Counted from the first letter of the stretch, positions 49,286 through 59,924 are shown. The stretch: DNA of 64,000 nt from Longimicrobiales bacterium (GCA_965226375.1 CBDDCX010000008.1:1280001-1344000), one strand, 5' to 3'. Notes: a model not told the origin generated them from the letters alone. A program made the numbers and translations.

Positions 49286-49855
49286 CTAGAGGTGGTCAAC
49301 GCCCGCATTCGCTCCGAGAATGAGCCGTACGGCCTCCGCCAGATCGTCGACGACGGCCACACCGTTCGGCATCCGCGGTTCTTCGTCGACTCCATACCCT
49401 GTTCGAACGAGTACTCCCGTTCCCCCCAGCTCCTGAGCCGGGAGTACGTCGGTGACCTTGTCGCCCACGTAATAGGAATTCTCAAGGCTGAGTCCCAATG
49501 TCTCGGCGGCATCACGATGCATGCCGGTGTCCGGTTTGCGACACCGGCATGGCTCGCCGAAGTCGGGGTGGTGCGGACAGTACAGGGTCGCGTCCACGGC
49601 GGTCCCGGCGGCTTGCAGCATCTCGTCGAGCCTCCCGGCCACGGCCCGGTAGTCGCTCTCCCCATACAGTCCTCGGGCGATCCCGGACTGGTTGGTCACG
49701 ATCACGACGGCGTAGCCCGCCTCGCGCAGCGTCTTGATCGCATCCGGGGCCTGAGACATCAGAACCACGCCGTCAGGATCGGCGAGGTAGACCTTTTCTT
49801 CGATGAGGGTGCCGTCTCGGTCGAGGAAGACCGCCGGGCGAACCATCTGGTCCAT
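49286..49855 (-). CDS. gmhB: HAD IIIA phosphatase, GmhB-like (heptose bisphosphate phosphatase)
   Basis: FLDRDGTL, TNQSGIARG, CPHHP...CRKP, VGDK. Confidence 0.85.
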   Translation of the reverse strand: MDQMVRPAVFLDRDGTLIEEKVYLADPDGVVLMSQAPDAIKTLREAGYAVVIVTNQSGIARGLYGESDYRAVAGRLDEMLQAAGTAVDATLYCPHHPDFGEPCRCRKPDTGMHRDAAETLGLSLENSYYVGDKVTDVLPAQELGGTGVLVRTGYGVDEEPRMPNGVAVVDDLAEAVRLILGANAGVDHL

Positions 49856-51240
49856 CACGGCCGGGCGTGATCGGAGAGAAGCCTGAGCACTTCCGAGTCC
49901 TGCCAATCGAGCACGGTCCTCAGATCGATCCAGAGAGACCCGTCTTCGACCCGGCCCACGAGGGGTGGCGCGGCGGAGCGTAGGATCCCGGCCAACCTGT
50001 GGGCCCCGAGTGCATCGGATCGAACTCGAATCCCGTGGCTCGCCAACTCGACTCCCGGAAACGTCCCACCCCCGACGACCGACGACATGGCCACCACGTC
50101 AGCTTGGACGCCCTTCGCGGACAGCCCCGCTGCAAGAGCTTCCGCGCGTACTCGTAGCGTCTCCACGTCGGCCGAGATCATCGCCAGAGTGGGAATATCG
50201 CGCATGGCCCGTTCCGGCTCCCGATACATCTGCAGGGTGGCCTCGAGCGCAAAGAGAGTCGTCTTGTCGACCCGGAGCGCTCGGCAGAGCGGGTTACGCC
50301 GCATACGGGCGATCCACTCGCGTTCGCCGACCAGGACTCCCGCCTGGGGACCGCCTAGCATTTTGTCCCCCGAAAAGGCGACCACGTCCACCCCAGCAGC
50401 CAAGCTTTCCGTGGGCCGGGGCTCCGGCGGCAGGCCGAGGAGCGCCGCATCGACCATCAGACCCGAGCCCAGATCATGGACCACCCCGACCCCCCCTTCT
50501 CTTCCGAGCTCGGTCAATTCGCCGAGTGTCGCCTCTTCGGTGAACCCGGTGATCCGGAAGTTGGAGCGATGCACCTTCAGAATCAGGGCGGTGTCGGCCT
50601 CAGACATCGCCTCGCGATAGTCCTCGAGACGCGTGCGGTTTGTGCTTCCTACCTCCCTAAGGATTGCGCCCGAGCTCTCCATGATCTCGGGAATCCGGAA
50701 GCCGCCACCGATCTCCACAAGCTCGCCTCTGGAGACGAGCACCTGCCGTCCATGCGCGAGGGTGCTCAGTGCCAGGACCAACGCGGCGGACCCGTTGTTG
50801 ACGACGACGGCATCTTCGGCGCCCGTCAATTCCCGCAGGAGCCCGGAACAGTGGTCGTACCGGGATCCCCTTGAACCCGCTTCCAGGTCGTATTCGAGGT
50901 TGGAGTATCCTCGAGCACCCTCCATCGCCTCGATAGCCTTCCGGGCCAAAGGCGCCCGGCCGAGGTTGGTATGGAGGACCACACCGGTACCGTTGATCAC
51001 GGGCCGGAGGGATGGCGTCAGGGCTCGGTCCAAACGACGTGTCACGGCCTCGGCGTACATGCCGACGTTCTCGACGTCCCCCGACTCCTTCCCCGCCCCG
51101 ATGTCGCGCCGCACCTGTTCGATTTCGTCCCGCAGTTGGCTCAAGACGAACCCTCTGGGATGTCCCTTCAGAATGCCCTCGAACTGCGGTGACTCGAGCA
51201 TTTGCTCCACCGAAGGAATACGACGGCGATCGTCGGTCAC
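49855..51240 (-). CDS. selA: L-seryl-tRNA(Sec) selenium transferase
   Basis: VINGTGVVLHTNLGRAPL, SRGELVEIGGGFRIP, FSGDKMLGGPQAG. Confidence 0.95.
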   Translation of the reverse strand: MTDDRRRIPSVEQMLESPQFEGILKGHPRGFVLSQLRDEIEQVRRDIGAGKESGDVENVGMYAEAVTRRLDRALTPSLRPVINGTGVVLHTNLGRAPLARKAIEAMEGARGYSNLEYDLEAGSRGSRYDHCSGLLRELTGAEDAVVVNNGSAALVLALSTLAHGRQVLVSRGELVEIGGGFRIPEIMESSGAILREVGSTNRTRLEDYREAMSEADTALILKVHRSNFRITGFTEEATLGELTELGREGGVGVVHDLGSGLMVDAALLGLPPEPRPTESLAAGVDVVAFSGDKMLGGPQAGVLVGEREWIARMRRNPLCRALRVDKTTLFALEATLQMYREPERAMRDIPTLAMISADVETLRVRAEALAAGLSAKGVQADVVAMSSVVGGGTFPGVELASHGIRVRSDALGAHRLAGILRSAAPPLVGRVEDGSLWIDLRTVLDWQDSEVLRLLSDHARP

Positions 51241-51241
51241 A

Positions 51242-52771
51242 TTACCTCCAAGGGGACATCTGCCGCTCGGATCGATCGCGGCGACGCGTGTAGAGCGGCG
51301 TGCCCATGGCCCGCGTTCTTCCTGAAGGAATCGCATGACCCGGCCGGTCCCATAGGGGCGTCACACCCGCCGAGCCCACTCGGGGGTCAGCCGGCGAAAT
51401 GGTATCCCGCGGAATGGTATCCCGGGGTGTGACGGCGGCAGAGTCGGCGGCCAACTCGGCGGCCGCTATCGAATCTGCGATGGCGATCGAGTCCGCAATC
51501 GCCGTTGAGTCGACGGGCGGAAGCGACCTGAGGATTTCTTCGGTCCCACCGCCGCCTGAGACTCCGTTGATATTCGTGACGTCGGAGACCGACACCTCGT
51601 ACGTCTCGTCGGATATCAGCGTGTCGCTCAAGAGAAGGTAGATGGTCCGCTTGGGAAGATCCCTGTCCGGATCCTCGCGTCGGTCAACCGAAGGATTGGG
51701 CACGAGTGGGGGCCGGGCGTCAAGTTCCTCCTCGGCCGCGGCCGAATCCCCCGCTGCGAGGAGCGAGTCCACGATCCGTTCCGACTCGAGAATCATAAGC
51801 GAGTCGGCTATCCACAGAGAATCCTCCCTGGCCTCCGCTCGGACATGGTAGTCGCGCTCGTGGAGGATCTGCTGCACAGTAATCCCCGACGCCACCGAAT
51901 CAAGAGAGAGCGTAGCCGTGAGTGAGTCCAAAGGCATGTCAGGGTCGAGGTAGTCGTCGAACTGGACAGCCACCGTTACCGAGTCCGTCACGTCCCCATC
52001 ACTGATGATGGCCCCTGTAGTATCTGGGCGCAGGAGGCTCATGTCCGCGAAGACCGTATCCGCTCCATTGACGACCTGAAAGGCATGGCCGAGCCGTTCG
52101 AAGAAGTCGGCCTGCCTGTTTCTGTTCACATCCTCGAATCCCGTCAGGGCATATCGACCCACGGGAGGTAAGTACCGAAACGCGAATACGCCGCTGGTGT
52201 CCGTGATGGCGACGTGCGTCGGCCCCTGGGCTTCACCCACCCCCCCCACGAGGAGAGGTTGAAAACGTGCGGTGACGCGCACTCCTTCCATCACTTCACC
52301 GGTGAGCCGGTCGAAGACCATGCCGGCGATGACGTTCGGCAGCATCTCGGCTCCGGTGGAGAACACGAACTCGAACGGCTGAGGCATGGCATTCCGAAAA
52401 AGGTCCTGCACGCTGGGCAACACAGTGACCCGATACACCAGGTCCGGAAGGAACCCGCCTTCCATCTTGATCTCCAGGCCGTCCTTCTTGTGGCGCACTT
52501 CAATCTCTCCGGACTCGGGCGAAATCTGCACCGCCTGGTCCAAACTGCCGGACGCGCCACGCTCGCTGATCCGCTCGTTGAACGTGATCCGGATCGCGTC
52601 GTCGAACGCTTCCACCTCGGCAAAAGGATCTGGAACCGTCGCGACCACCTGGGGGCCCGACAGATCAGGGGGACCTCCCGGCGGCCCCTGTGGCCTGGCA
52701 CACGAGGAAATGGCAAGGACCGCGAAGGCCCCCACCGTGCAAAGGATCAACGCGCCGTCCGATCTACTCAT
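51242..52771 (-). CDS. Ig-like (Big_5) domain lipoprotein
   Basis: Lipobox SSC, then ARPQGPPGGPPD; ITFNERI; DLFRN...FST. Confidence 0.8.
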   Translation of the reverse strand: MSRSDGALILCTVGAFAVLAISSCARPQGPPGGPPDLSGPQVVATVPDPFAEVEAFDDAIRITFNERISERGASGSLDQAVQISPESGEIEVRHKKDGLEIKMEGGFLPDLVYRVTVLPSVQDLFRNAMPQPFEFVFSTGAEMLPNVIAGMVFDRLTGEVMEGVRVTARFQPLLVGGVGEAQGPTHVAITDTSGVFAFRYLPPVGRYALTGFEDVNRNRQADFFERLGHAFQVVNGADTVFADMSLLRPDTTGAIISDGDVTDSVTVAVQFDDYLDPDMPLDSLTATLSLDSVASGITVQQILHERDYHVRAEAREDSLWIADSLMILESERIVDSLLAAGDSAAAEEELDARPPLVPNPSVDRREDPDRDLPKRTIYLLLSDTLISDETYEVSVSDVTNINGVSGGGGTEEILRSLPPVDSTAIADSIAIADSIAAAELAADSAAVTPRDTIPRDTISPADPRVGSAGVTPLWDRPGHAIPSGRTRAMGTPLYTRRRDRSERQMSPWR

Positions 52772-52792
52772 GGTCTCGACATCGGCGGTCGC

Positions 52793-55549
52793 TCAGGCGT
52801 CAGCAAGCGTCGCGAGCTTGTTCGTGAGTTTGTCCAGTTGCTCCTCGAAGCTCCGTGCCTTCTCACGCTCGCGCTCTACCACTTCCTCAGGGGCCTGCTG
52901 AACAAAACTCTCGTTGGCCAACATCTTCCGCGATCCATCCAATTGCCCGCCCAGGCGCTCAATCTCTCCCTGGAGCCGTTCCCGCTCCCGCGTAATATCG
53001 ATGACTCCCTCGAGCGGCACGAACACCTCTGCGCCATTCTTGAGAACGGCGTGGGCCCCAACGCCGTCGGCGGGGGTGTCGAGGTCGCACTGATCCACTC
53101 GTGCGAGCCGCCGCAGGGCCGCCCCCTGCTCTTCAACCATGGTGCGGAACCCGTCCTGCAACCCCGTCAACTTGACCGTCACCCCAGTACCCTCCGCCAC
53201 TCCATACTCCTTGCGGAGACTCCTCACCTGGGTGATCAGCTCCTGAAGTTCCTGGAGACGTGTTTCGGACTCGGGATCGAGGAGCGCCTCATTTACCTCG
53301 GGCCACTCGGCGATCATGAGCGCCTCCGGACGGACGGACCCTTCGGGTGATGGGAGTCGATCCCAGAGCGCCGAGGTCACGAACGGAGTGAGCGGATGAA
53401 GAAGGCGGCAGATACCGTCCAAGACCACTACGAGCGTGGCCCGGGCAGACTGCAAGCTCTCATCGCCCGAGGCACCTTGCATTCGAGGCTTGATCAGTTC
53501 CAGATACCAGTCGGCGAAGTCCCCCCAAACGAAGTGGTAGAGGCGATCCGACACCTCGTGGAGTCTAAAGCGTTCGAGATCCTCGGTGACGTCACCCACG
53601 GCCCGCTGCATGCGCGACAAGATCCATCGATCCTCGAGTTCCAGATTCTCCCCCGTCGCTTCAAGCGTCGGTATGGGATCGTCACCAAGGCTCATGAGCG
53701 CGAAACGTCCGGCGTTCCAGAGCTTGTTGGCAAAGTTGCGTCCGGGAGAAAACGCTGTCTCCAGGTCCTGGTGATCCAGCTGGATGTCGGTGCCGACGCC
53801 AGCCGAAGCAAGAAGAGTGAAACGAAGCGCATCCGCGCCGAACCGATCCGCCACCTCGATCGGATCGATACCGTTGCCCAGCGACTTGGACATCTTTTTG
53901 CCCTGCTTGTCTCGTACCGTCCCGTGTAAGTATACCCGCGTGAAAGGTGCCTCTCCCATGAATTCGTACCCGGCCATGATCATACGGGCTACCCAGAAGA
54001 AGAGAATCTCTGGGGCTGTGGTCATGTCATGAGTGGGATAGAACGCCTTCAGATCATCTGTCTCTTCGGGCCAACCGAACACGGAAAAAGGCCACAGCCA
54101 TGACGAAAACCAGGTGTCCAGTACGTCCGGGTCCTGGGTCAGGTTCGTGCTGCCGCAAGAATCACATGCGTCTGGATCCTGCCTGGCCACGGTCGTCGCC
54201 TCGCAGTCGCCGCAATACCAGACCGGGATCCGGTGGCCCCACCAGAGCTGTCGGGAAATGCACCAATCCCGGATGTTCTCCATCCAGTTTTCGTACACCT
54301 TTTGCCAGTGTGCAGGAGTAAAGGTGACGGTACCGTCGCGAGAGGCCGCGAGAGCGGGCTCGGCCAAGGGCTTCATGCGCACGAACCACTGGAGGCTGAG
54401 ACGTGGCTCCACCACAGTGTGGCATCGGTAGCAGTGCGGGACCGAGTGCGAGTACGGGTCCTCGCCTCCTCCCAATCCCAGATCCGCCAGGGCCTCGAGG
54501 ACCCGCTTCCGTGCGTCGAGACGATCCAGATCCCGAAACGCCTCCGGGGCGTTCTCGTTCATCTTGGCATCGGGGGTCAAGATGTCCAAGAGCGGTATCC
54601 CCGCGCGCTGGGCCATCTCGAAATCGTTGGGGTCGTGGGCCGGCGTGACCTTGACCATCCCCGAGCCGAACTCGGGATCCACGAACTCGTCGGAGATGAT
54701 CGGGATGGTACGGCCGGTGAGGGGAAGCTCTACATCCGCCCCGACCAGCCCCTCGTAGCGCTCATCTTCGGGACTCACGGCGACCGCGGTATCCCCGAGC
54801 ATGGTCTCCGGACGCGTGGTCGAGACAGTCAGATACCACCGTCCGTCCGGAAGCTGCCCTATGGCTTCTGCGCCCGCATCTCGAGCGGCCTGGGCACCGC
54901 CGGCGGCGGCGTCACTAAGCGGATAGCGCAGGTGATAGAGGCGACCCTCCACCTCTTCTCCTTCGGCCTCTTCATTCGAAAGGGCCGTGAGACACCGGGG
55001 GCACCAGTTGATGATATACTCGCCGCGGTAGATCAGGTCCTTTTCGTAGAGGCGCACGAACACCTCGCGGACCGCCTGACTGAGCCCGTCGTCCAAGGTG
55101 AACCGGGTACGCTCCCAGTCGCAGCTCGACCCGATCACCTTGAGTTGCTCCAGGATGGTACTTCCCGTCTCCTGCACGTAGCTCCAAACGCGCTCGGTGA
55201 AAGCCTCCCTGCCCAAGTCTTGCCGGGAAATCCCTTCTGCCGCGAGCTGCCATTCGACTACGTTCTGGGTCGCGATGCCGGCGTGATCGGTCCCCGGGAT
55301 CCAAAGTGAGACTCTGCCCTGCATGCGCCTCCAGCGGGTCAGCACATCCTGGATGGTGGCATTGAGCCCATGTCCCATGTGAAGCACGGCGGTCACGTTG
55401 GGGGGCGGTATCACGATGACGAAGGGGGCCCGTCCCTCGGCCAGGACCGCCTCGGACTCGGCGCGGAAGTACCCGCGCTTACTCCACTGCTCGTAGAGGG
55501 GAGCCTCGATGGTCTGCGGATCTAGGCGAGGTGGCAACGCGTCGGCCAC
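52793..55549 (-). CDS. valS: Valine--tRNA ligase
   Basis: PPPNVT..LHMGH, DWCISRQLWWGH, KMSKS, C-terminal coiled coil. Confidence 0.97.
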   Translation of the reverse strand: MADALPPRLDPQTIEAPLYEQWSKRGYFRAESEAVLAEGRAPFVIVIPPPNVTAVLHMGHGLNATIQDVLTRWRRMQGRVSLWIPGTDHAGIATQNVVEWQLAAEGISRQDLGREAFTERVWSYVQETGSTILEQLKVIGSSCDWERTRFTLDDGLSQAVREVFVRLYEKDLIYRGEYIINWCPRCLTALSNEEAEGEEVEGRLYHLRYPLSDAAAGGAQAARDAGAEAIGQLPDGRWYLTVSTTRPETMLGDTAVAVSPEDERYEGLVGADVELPLTGRTIPIISDEFVDPEFGSGMVKVTPAHDPNDFEMAQRAGIPLLDILTPDAKMNENAPEAFRDLDRLDARKRVLEALADLGLGGGEDPYSHSVPHCYRCHTVVEPRLSLQWFVRMKPLAEPALAASRDGTVTFTPAHWQKVYENWMENIRDWCISRQLWWGHRIPVWYCGDCEATTVARQDPDACDSCGSTNLTQDPDVLDTWFSSWLWPFSVFGWPEETDDLKAFYPTHDMTTAPEILFFWVARMIMAGYEFMGEAPFTRVYLHGTVRDKQGKKMSKSLGNGIDPIEVADRFGADALRFTLLASAGVGTDIQLDHQDLETAFSPGRNFANKLWNAGRFALMSLGDDPIPTLEATGENLELEDRWILSRMQRAVGDVTEDLERFRLHEVSDRLYHFVWGDFADWYLELIKPRMQGASGDESLQSARATLVVVLDGICRLLHPLTPFVTSALWDRLPSPEGSVRPEALMIAEWPEVNEALLDPESETRLQELQELITQVRSLRKEYGVAEGTGVTVKLTGLQDGFRTMVEEQGAALRRLARVDQCDLDTPADGVGAHAVLKNGAEVFVPLEGVIDITRERERLQGEIERLGGQLDGSRKMLANESFVQQAPEEVVEREREKARSFEEQLDKLTNKLATLADA

Positions 55550-55701
55550 AGTCGCTCCTGTCAGGAAAGCTGGAAGGTTGAACTGGTGTCCAGAATCAGG
55601 TTCTGTGCGGGCATCGGTGGCCCGACAATACGCCAGTCGACGTCAGGGTGTTCCAGGGGTGCCAGCGTACTTCCGGGACAGGACACGACGCCCGCGGCGA
55701 A

Positions 55702-57027
55702 TCAGCTCGCGCTGGAGCGATCGATGGACCTGCGGCGGGCCCCGAGAGTCCGTTGTAGCCAGCCCTCCAACGTCTTATCCGGGCTCCAAAGACCTTCGAA
55801 GACATGACCTGGAAGCTGGACGAAGTGCTCTACGATTCCAGGGCCGAACTGGCTACCGGATGAATGGGAAATCTCGTCGAGCGTATCACGGTGGGAGCAC
55901 GCAGATCTGTAGACCCTACCGGAGGTCATGGCGTCGTAGGTGTCACAGACACCCAGGATCTGGGCGACCATAGGAATACGATGGCCGGACAACCCCTCCG
56001 GATACCCCGTGCCATCCCATCGCTCATGGTGGTAGCGAAGACCCGGTGACAAGTGCTTGAGACCGGGAATGCCCCCCAGAATTTCCGCACCGGCCGCCGC
56101 ATGACCCTGAATGCTCTCACGCTCCTCGTCATCGAGCGGACCCTCCTTGGTAAGCACCCTGAGGGGTACGCTCACCTTGCCCAGGTCGTGCAGGTAGCCG
56201 GCCTCCCACGTGGTTACACGGATCTGGGGGTGCATACCCATGCGGTCCGCCAAGGCCTCCGCCAGGTTCGCGACTCGTCGCGAGTGTCCCGCCGTGTACG
56301 GGTCCTTGGCGTCGATGAGGGTCGCGACAATGTCCAGAAACTCATGAGTGGACAACGGAGAAACTTCTTCCGGAATCAGATCGTAGGCGGCATCGAGGCA
56401 GGCGCGGTGGAAAATCGTCTCGTGGAACTCGTGCAATTGATCCCGTCGTGCCAGGTCGAGATACGCCTGGGCGACCGTAGGCCCGAATTCCTTCTGCGCT
56501 CCCGCCTCCACGACCGCGATGACTTCGGACTGGGCCAGAGGGCCCCGCTGAGGACGCGCGGTGCCTAGGGCCACCACCGTGTCCGCAAGACGCAGGATCT
56601 GCGCTCCCATCGGGATTTGGTCCCCCTTGAGGCGGTCGGGATATCCCGTGCCGTCCCACCACTCGTGATGGTGCCGCACGAGTGGCGCCAACGAGCTGAG
56701 GTGCGCGATTTGTCGGATGCTGCGCTCGCTACGCTCCGGATGCTCCAAGACCCGGGCTCGGGCGTCGGGAGGCAGAACCAGCACGGGGTTCTCCCACGCT
56801 TCTTCCACGAGGCCGATCATCCCGATGTCCGAGAGGATGGCCGCGAACAGAATTTCCGATCGAAAGGACGCCGGTACTTCCAATTGATCGGCAAGGCGCG
56901 AGGCGAGCATCGCGACCTTGGGACCGTGGCCAACCAGGTATCCTTTGGCCATACCCATCACCTGAACGAGGGCCTCCAAGAGACCAACGTAGATGCCCCG
57001 ACCGGAATCTGTCCGCAATTCGTCCAC
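55702..57027 (-). CDS. Tandem HD-GYP domain phosphodiesterase
   Basis: HHEWWDGTGYP and HHERWDGTGYP; the second domain has HDLGK. Confidence 0.9.
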   Translation of the reverse strand: MDELRTDSGRGIYVGLLEALVQVMGMAKGYLVGHGPKVAMLASRLADQLEVPASFRSEILFAAILSDIGMIGLVEEAWENPVLVLPPDARARVLEHPERSERSIRQIAHLSSLAPLVRHHHEWWDGTGYPDRLKGDQIPMGAQILRLADTVVALGTARPQRGPLAQSEVIAVVEAGAQKEFGPTVAQAYLDLARRDQLHEFHETIFHRACLDAAYDLIPEEVSPLSTHEFLDIVATLIDAKDPYTAGHSRRVANLAEALADRMGMHPQIRVTTWEAGYLHDLGKVSVPLRVLTKEGPLDDEERESIQGHAAAGAEILGGIPGLKHLSPGLRYHHERWDGTGYPEGLSGHRIPMVAQILGVCDTYDAMTSGRVYRSACSHRDTLDEISHSSGSQFGPGIVEHFVQLPGHVFEGLWSPDKTLEGWLQRTLGARRRSIDRSSAS

Positions 57028-57151
57028 GAGCGTCCATCATTCGAATGATGCCCCCGGGCAAAATCGCGCGACAACGGAAGGCATTAGGGAACATTTGAAT
57101 ATTGGGGCTCCTTTCCGGAAGGAAAAGAGTCATGTGTTGCCATGGCGTGAC

Positions 57152-58012
57152 TTAACGCGGGGGTCTTCCACCAGAAGTGCGGGTCGTGTCAGGCTGCTGG
57201 TCGGCCTCCCGGCGTTGTCTTTCTTTTCTCTCCCTGATGGCCTTGGCCCTCTCGCCCCAGACCGCCCGCGCAGCCTGAGAATTGAGATTGTTGAGGATGT
57301 CGGCATCCTCCCAGGCTCTTCTCGTGGCCCTCTCACGTTGCCACGTCGTGCCTCCGAAGTTGATCGGAAGAGGCAGGGTGAGGCTTCCGAGATGGAGTTT
57401 CCCCTCGGACACTCCCCAGCGATTCCCCTGATCGTCCGTCATCGTCCAGTCGGTAAAGGCCGACTCGGCGGCGAGAGCGATGGCCACGGAGTCATGCCAT
57501 GCTTCAAGGAGGCCGGCCAGCTCCAGCTGGAGTCTTTCAGAGTCGGTGAGTTCGAAGATTTCTGGAAGAGCGGCCCGCCAAAGTCGACGATCGGCACTGC
57601 GTACCCTCAACGCGTCGGCGGCCCGCACCCCACCGCGCTCATCCCCCTGTTCATCCGGGCCCTCGTCACCGGGATCCGTGACTGGTTCCGGTCCCTGCGC
57701 CTCCGCTTCCGGCTCCGCCACGATTTCCAGGATCGGTTCCGGCTCCTCTTCACGGGCCTCGTCCTCGGGCGCGACGAGCTCCACTACCTGCACGACACGC
57801 ATGCCGGAAAACGGCCTCGCGACAGATTCTACGTCCAGCGTGTTTTCGGTGGGACCCCACTCCGTAACACCGAAGGAATAGAGGATGATGACCAGTAGGT
57901 GCACGGCGGCAGACAGCCCGAACCCAACCCCTATGGCTCGGCGGTGCGAGGCGCGAGGGCGATCGACCCACCCACGCCTAGACTGTTGATCGACGGGTTG
58001 CAACTCTGTCAT
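57152..58012 (-). CDS. Hypothetical membrane-anchored protein
   Basis: One TM helix (SAAVHLLVII), Glu/Pro linker, C-terminal domain with DWT...RWGVS. Confidence 0.7.
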   Translation of the reverse strand: MTELQPVDQQSRRGWVDRPRASHRRAIGVGFGLSAAVHLLVIILYSFGVTEWGPTENTLDVESVARPFSGMRVVQVVELVAPEDEAREEEPEPILEIVAEPEAEAQGPEPVTDPGDEGPDEQGDERGGVRAADALRVRSADRRLWRAALPEIFELTDSERLQLELAGLLEAWHDSVAIALAAESAFTDWTMTDDQGNRWGVSEGKLHLGSLTLPLPINFGGTTWQRERATRRAWEDADILNNLNSQAARAVWGERAKAIRERKERQRREADQQPDTTRTSGGRPPR

Positions 58013-58066
58013 CGGGTCTTGTAAACCCCCTTGGAATGGCAGTTCCTCTGGGAGCATTCGGTCTGC

Positions 58067-59236
58067 TCAGGCCTGAATGAGCCTCCCGAGTCGCGTCGCC
58101 GCCTCCCTGATACGCCCTTCGTCCACAGTGAGCGCCACCCTGAAGAAACCCTCACCGCCGGTCCCCAGTGCCTGGCCGGGGAGAATCACCACACCTTCTT
58201 CTTCCAGAGCACGCTCCGCGAAGTTCAATGAGGACTCGTCTCCGGGCACCGGAACCCAAAGATACATGGTGGCTTTGGGAACCGTGATATCAAAGCCCGC
58301 CTCGCGAAGGCTCTCCACGGCCACGTCCCGTCGGCGCTCGAAGCGCGCCACGTTGCCGGGCACCCACTCATCATAGCACTCGAGCGCTGCAACTCCAGCT
58401 GCCTGTACGGCCTTGAACACACCCGTGTCGATGAACGTCTTGACCCTCGACAGAGCCTCGATCAGGTCGGCACCACCCGCCGCCCAGCCGAGGCGCCACC
58501 CCGTCATGTTGTAGGTCTTCGAAAAAGAGTGAAATTCCAGAGCCACTCCACCTGCCCCCTCGAGTTCCAAGATGCTCGGAGGCCGGTAGCCGTTAAAGGC
58601 GATCTCGCTGTAGGCGTGATCGTAGACCAAGACGACATCGTTCTCGTGACAGAAGTCCACCGCTTCTCGGAGATAGTCGAGCGGTGCGGACCCTGCCGTC
58701 GGATTGTTAGGGTAGTTCAGGTAGAGCATCCGCATCCGCGACCGCACGTCCTCCGAAAATTCGTTCAGCGGAATCAGAAAGTCGTTCTCGGGCCGTAGCG
58801 GCACGAGGTGCGGCTCCCCTCCCGCGAGGATCACTCCACCCCGGTACGCTTGGTAGCCCGGATCGGGAATCACCGCCAAGCCCCCGGGGTCGAGGAACGC
58901 CAGAGGGAGCTTCGCGATTCCTTCCTTGGAGCCGAGAAGAGGCAGGACCTCTTTGTACGGATCGACGTGCACGCCAAAACGCTTTTCCATCCAGGCCGCC
59001 ACCGACTCCCGAAAGGCTGGAAGGCCCAGTTGGAAGGGATACCGAGACATCTCCCGCTTCGCGGCCGCCTCGGAGAGTCCGGCAACGGCGGGCGGCGGCG
59101 GGTCGAGATCGGCGTCGCCCGCTCCCAGATCGATGACATCGATCCCGGCGGCCGCCAAACGTCGACGCTTCTCTGGAATACCCGCCAGGGGATAGCCCGG
59201 CAGGCCGAGAAACGCACGGCTCCGCTTAGGCGCCAC
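58067..59236 (-). CDS. Class I/II PLP aminotransferase, probably LL-diaminopimelate aminotransferase
   Basis: GSKEG, PDPGY, NYPNNPT, DHAYSE, SFSKTYNMTGWRLG. Confidence 0.85.
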   Translation of the reverse strand: MAPKRSRAFLGLPGYPLAGIPEKRRRLAAAGIDVIDLGAGDADLDPPPPAVAGLSEAAAKREMSRYPFQLGLPAFRESVAAWMEKRFGVHVDPYKEVLPLLGSKEGIAKLPLAFLDPGGLAVIPDPGYQAYRGGVILAGGEPHLVPLRPENDFLIPLNEFSEDVRSRMRMLYLNYPNNPTAGSAPLDYLREAVDFCHENDVVLVYDHAYSEIAFNGYRPPSILELEGAGGVALEFHSFSKTYNMTGWRLGWAAGGADLIEALSRVKTFIDTGVFKAVQAAGVAALECYDEWVPGNVARFERRRDVAVESLREAGFDITVPKATMYLWVPVPGDESSLNFAERALEEEGVVILPGQALGTGGEGFFRVALTVDEGRIREAATRLGRLIQA

Positions 59237-59924
59237 CGTCCTCTTCTCCCACCACAGGATTGCGAAGGACTCCGATTCCCTCGATCTCCACCTCGACCTC
59301 GTCGCCAGGCTCCAAAGCGCCGATCCCCTCGGGCGTACCGGTGGCAATCACGTCGCCGGGTTCGAGCGTCATGATTCGCGAGATGTACGCGATCAAAGTC
59401 GGCACCGAGAACACCATCTGTGAAGCCGGCGCCCGCTGGCGCTCCACACCGTTGATCCGGGTGACGATCTCCAGGTCAAGGAATGCGTCAGGATGGAACG
59501 GGCAGACAGACCCGATGGCACAGAACGTGTCGAATCCCTTGGCCCTGGACCACTGGCTGTCCTTTCGCTGGAGATCCCGTGCCGTCACATCGTTCAACGG
59601 TACGATCCCGTCGACCACGCTCCACGCATTCGCTTCGGACACATGCCGGGCGGTCGTCCCGATGCTGATTCCGATCTCCCCCTCGTAGTCGACCCTGCCC
59701 ACTCCGGACGGGATGATAATGGGTTCGCCGGCTGTGATGACGCTGGAGGGCGGCTTGAGAAAGATGAGCGGCTCATCGGGGACAACGTTTCCGAGCTCCG
59801 CGGCGTGGGCGTGGTAGTTACACCCTATGCAGACGATCTTGGATGGCCGTGAGGGTGCACCAGACGTGCTGATGGCGTCAATCCTCGGCCGGCTGAGTGT
59901 GGATCCAGGTTCCGATGATGGCAC
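59226..59924 (-). CDS. Fumarylacetoacetate hydrolase family protein
   Basis: KIVCIGCNY, FLKP, DYEGE, NDVTARD, KGFDT, TGTP. Start uncertain. Confidence 0.92.
   Translation of the reverse strand: MPSSEPGSTLSRPRIDAISTSGAPSRPSKIVCIGCNYHAHAAELGNVVPDEPLIFLKPPSSVITAGEPIIIPSGVGRVDYEGEIGISIGTTARHVSEANAWSVVDGIVPLNDVTARDLQRKDSQWSRAKGFDTFCAIGSVCPFHPDAFLDLEIVTRINGVERQRAPASQMVFSVPTLIAYISRIMTLEPGDVIATGTPEGIGALEPGDEVEVEIEGIGVLRNPVVGEEDGGA

Noticed and set aside
51399..51424. 15-bp-period repeat (PRDTI x2)
   Set aside because: A low-complexity tail of the lipoprotein.
57028..57151. c-di-GMP riboswitch ahead of the HD-GYP gene
   Set aside because: Only a short hairpin; the GEMM consensus elements are not recognisable.
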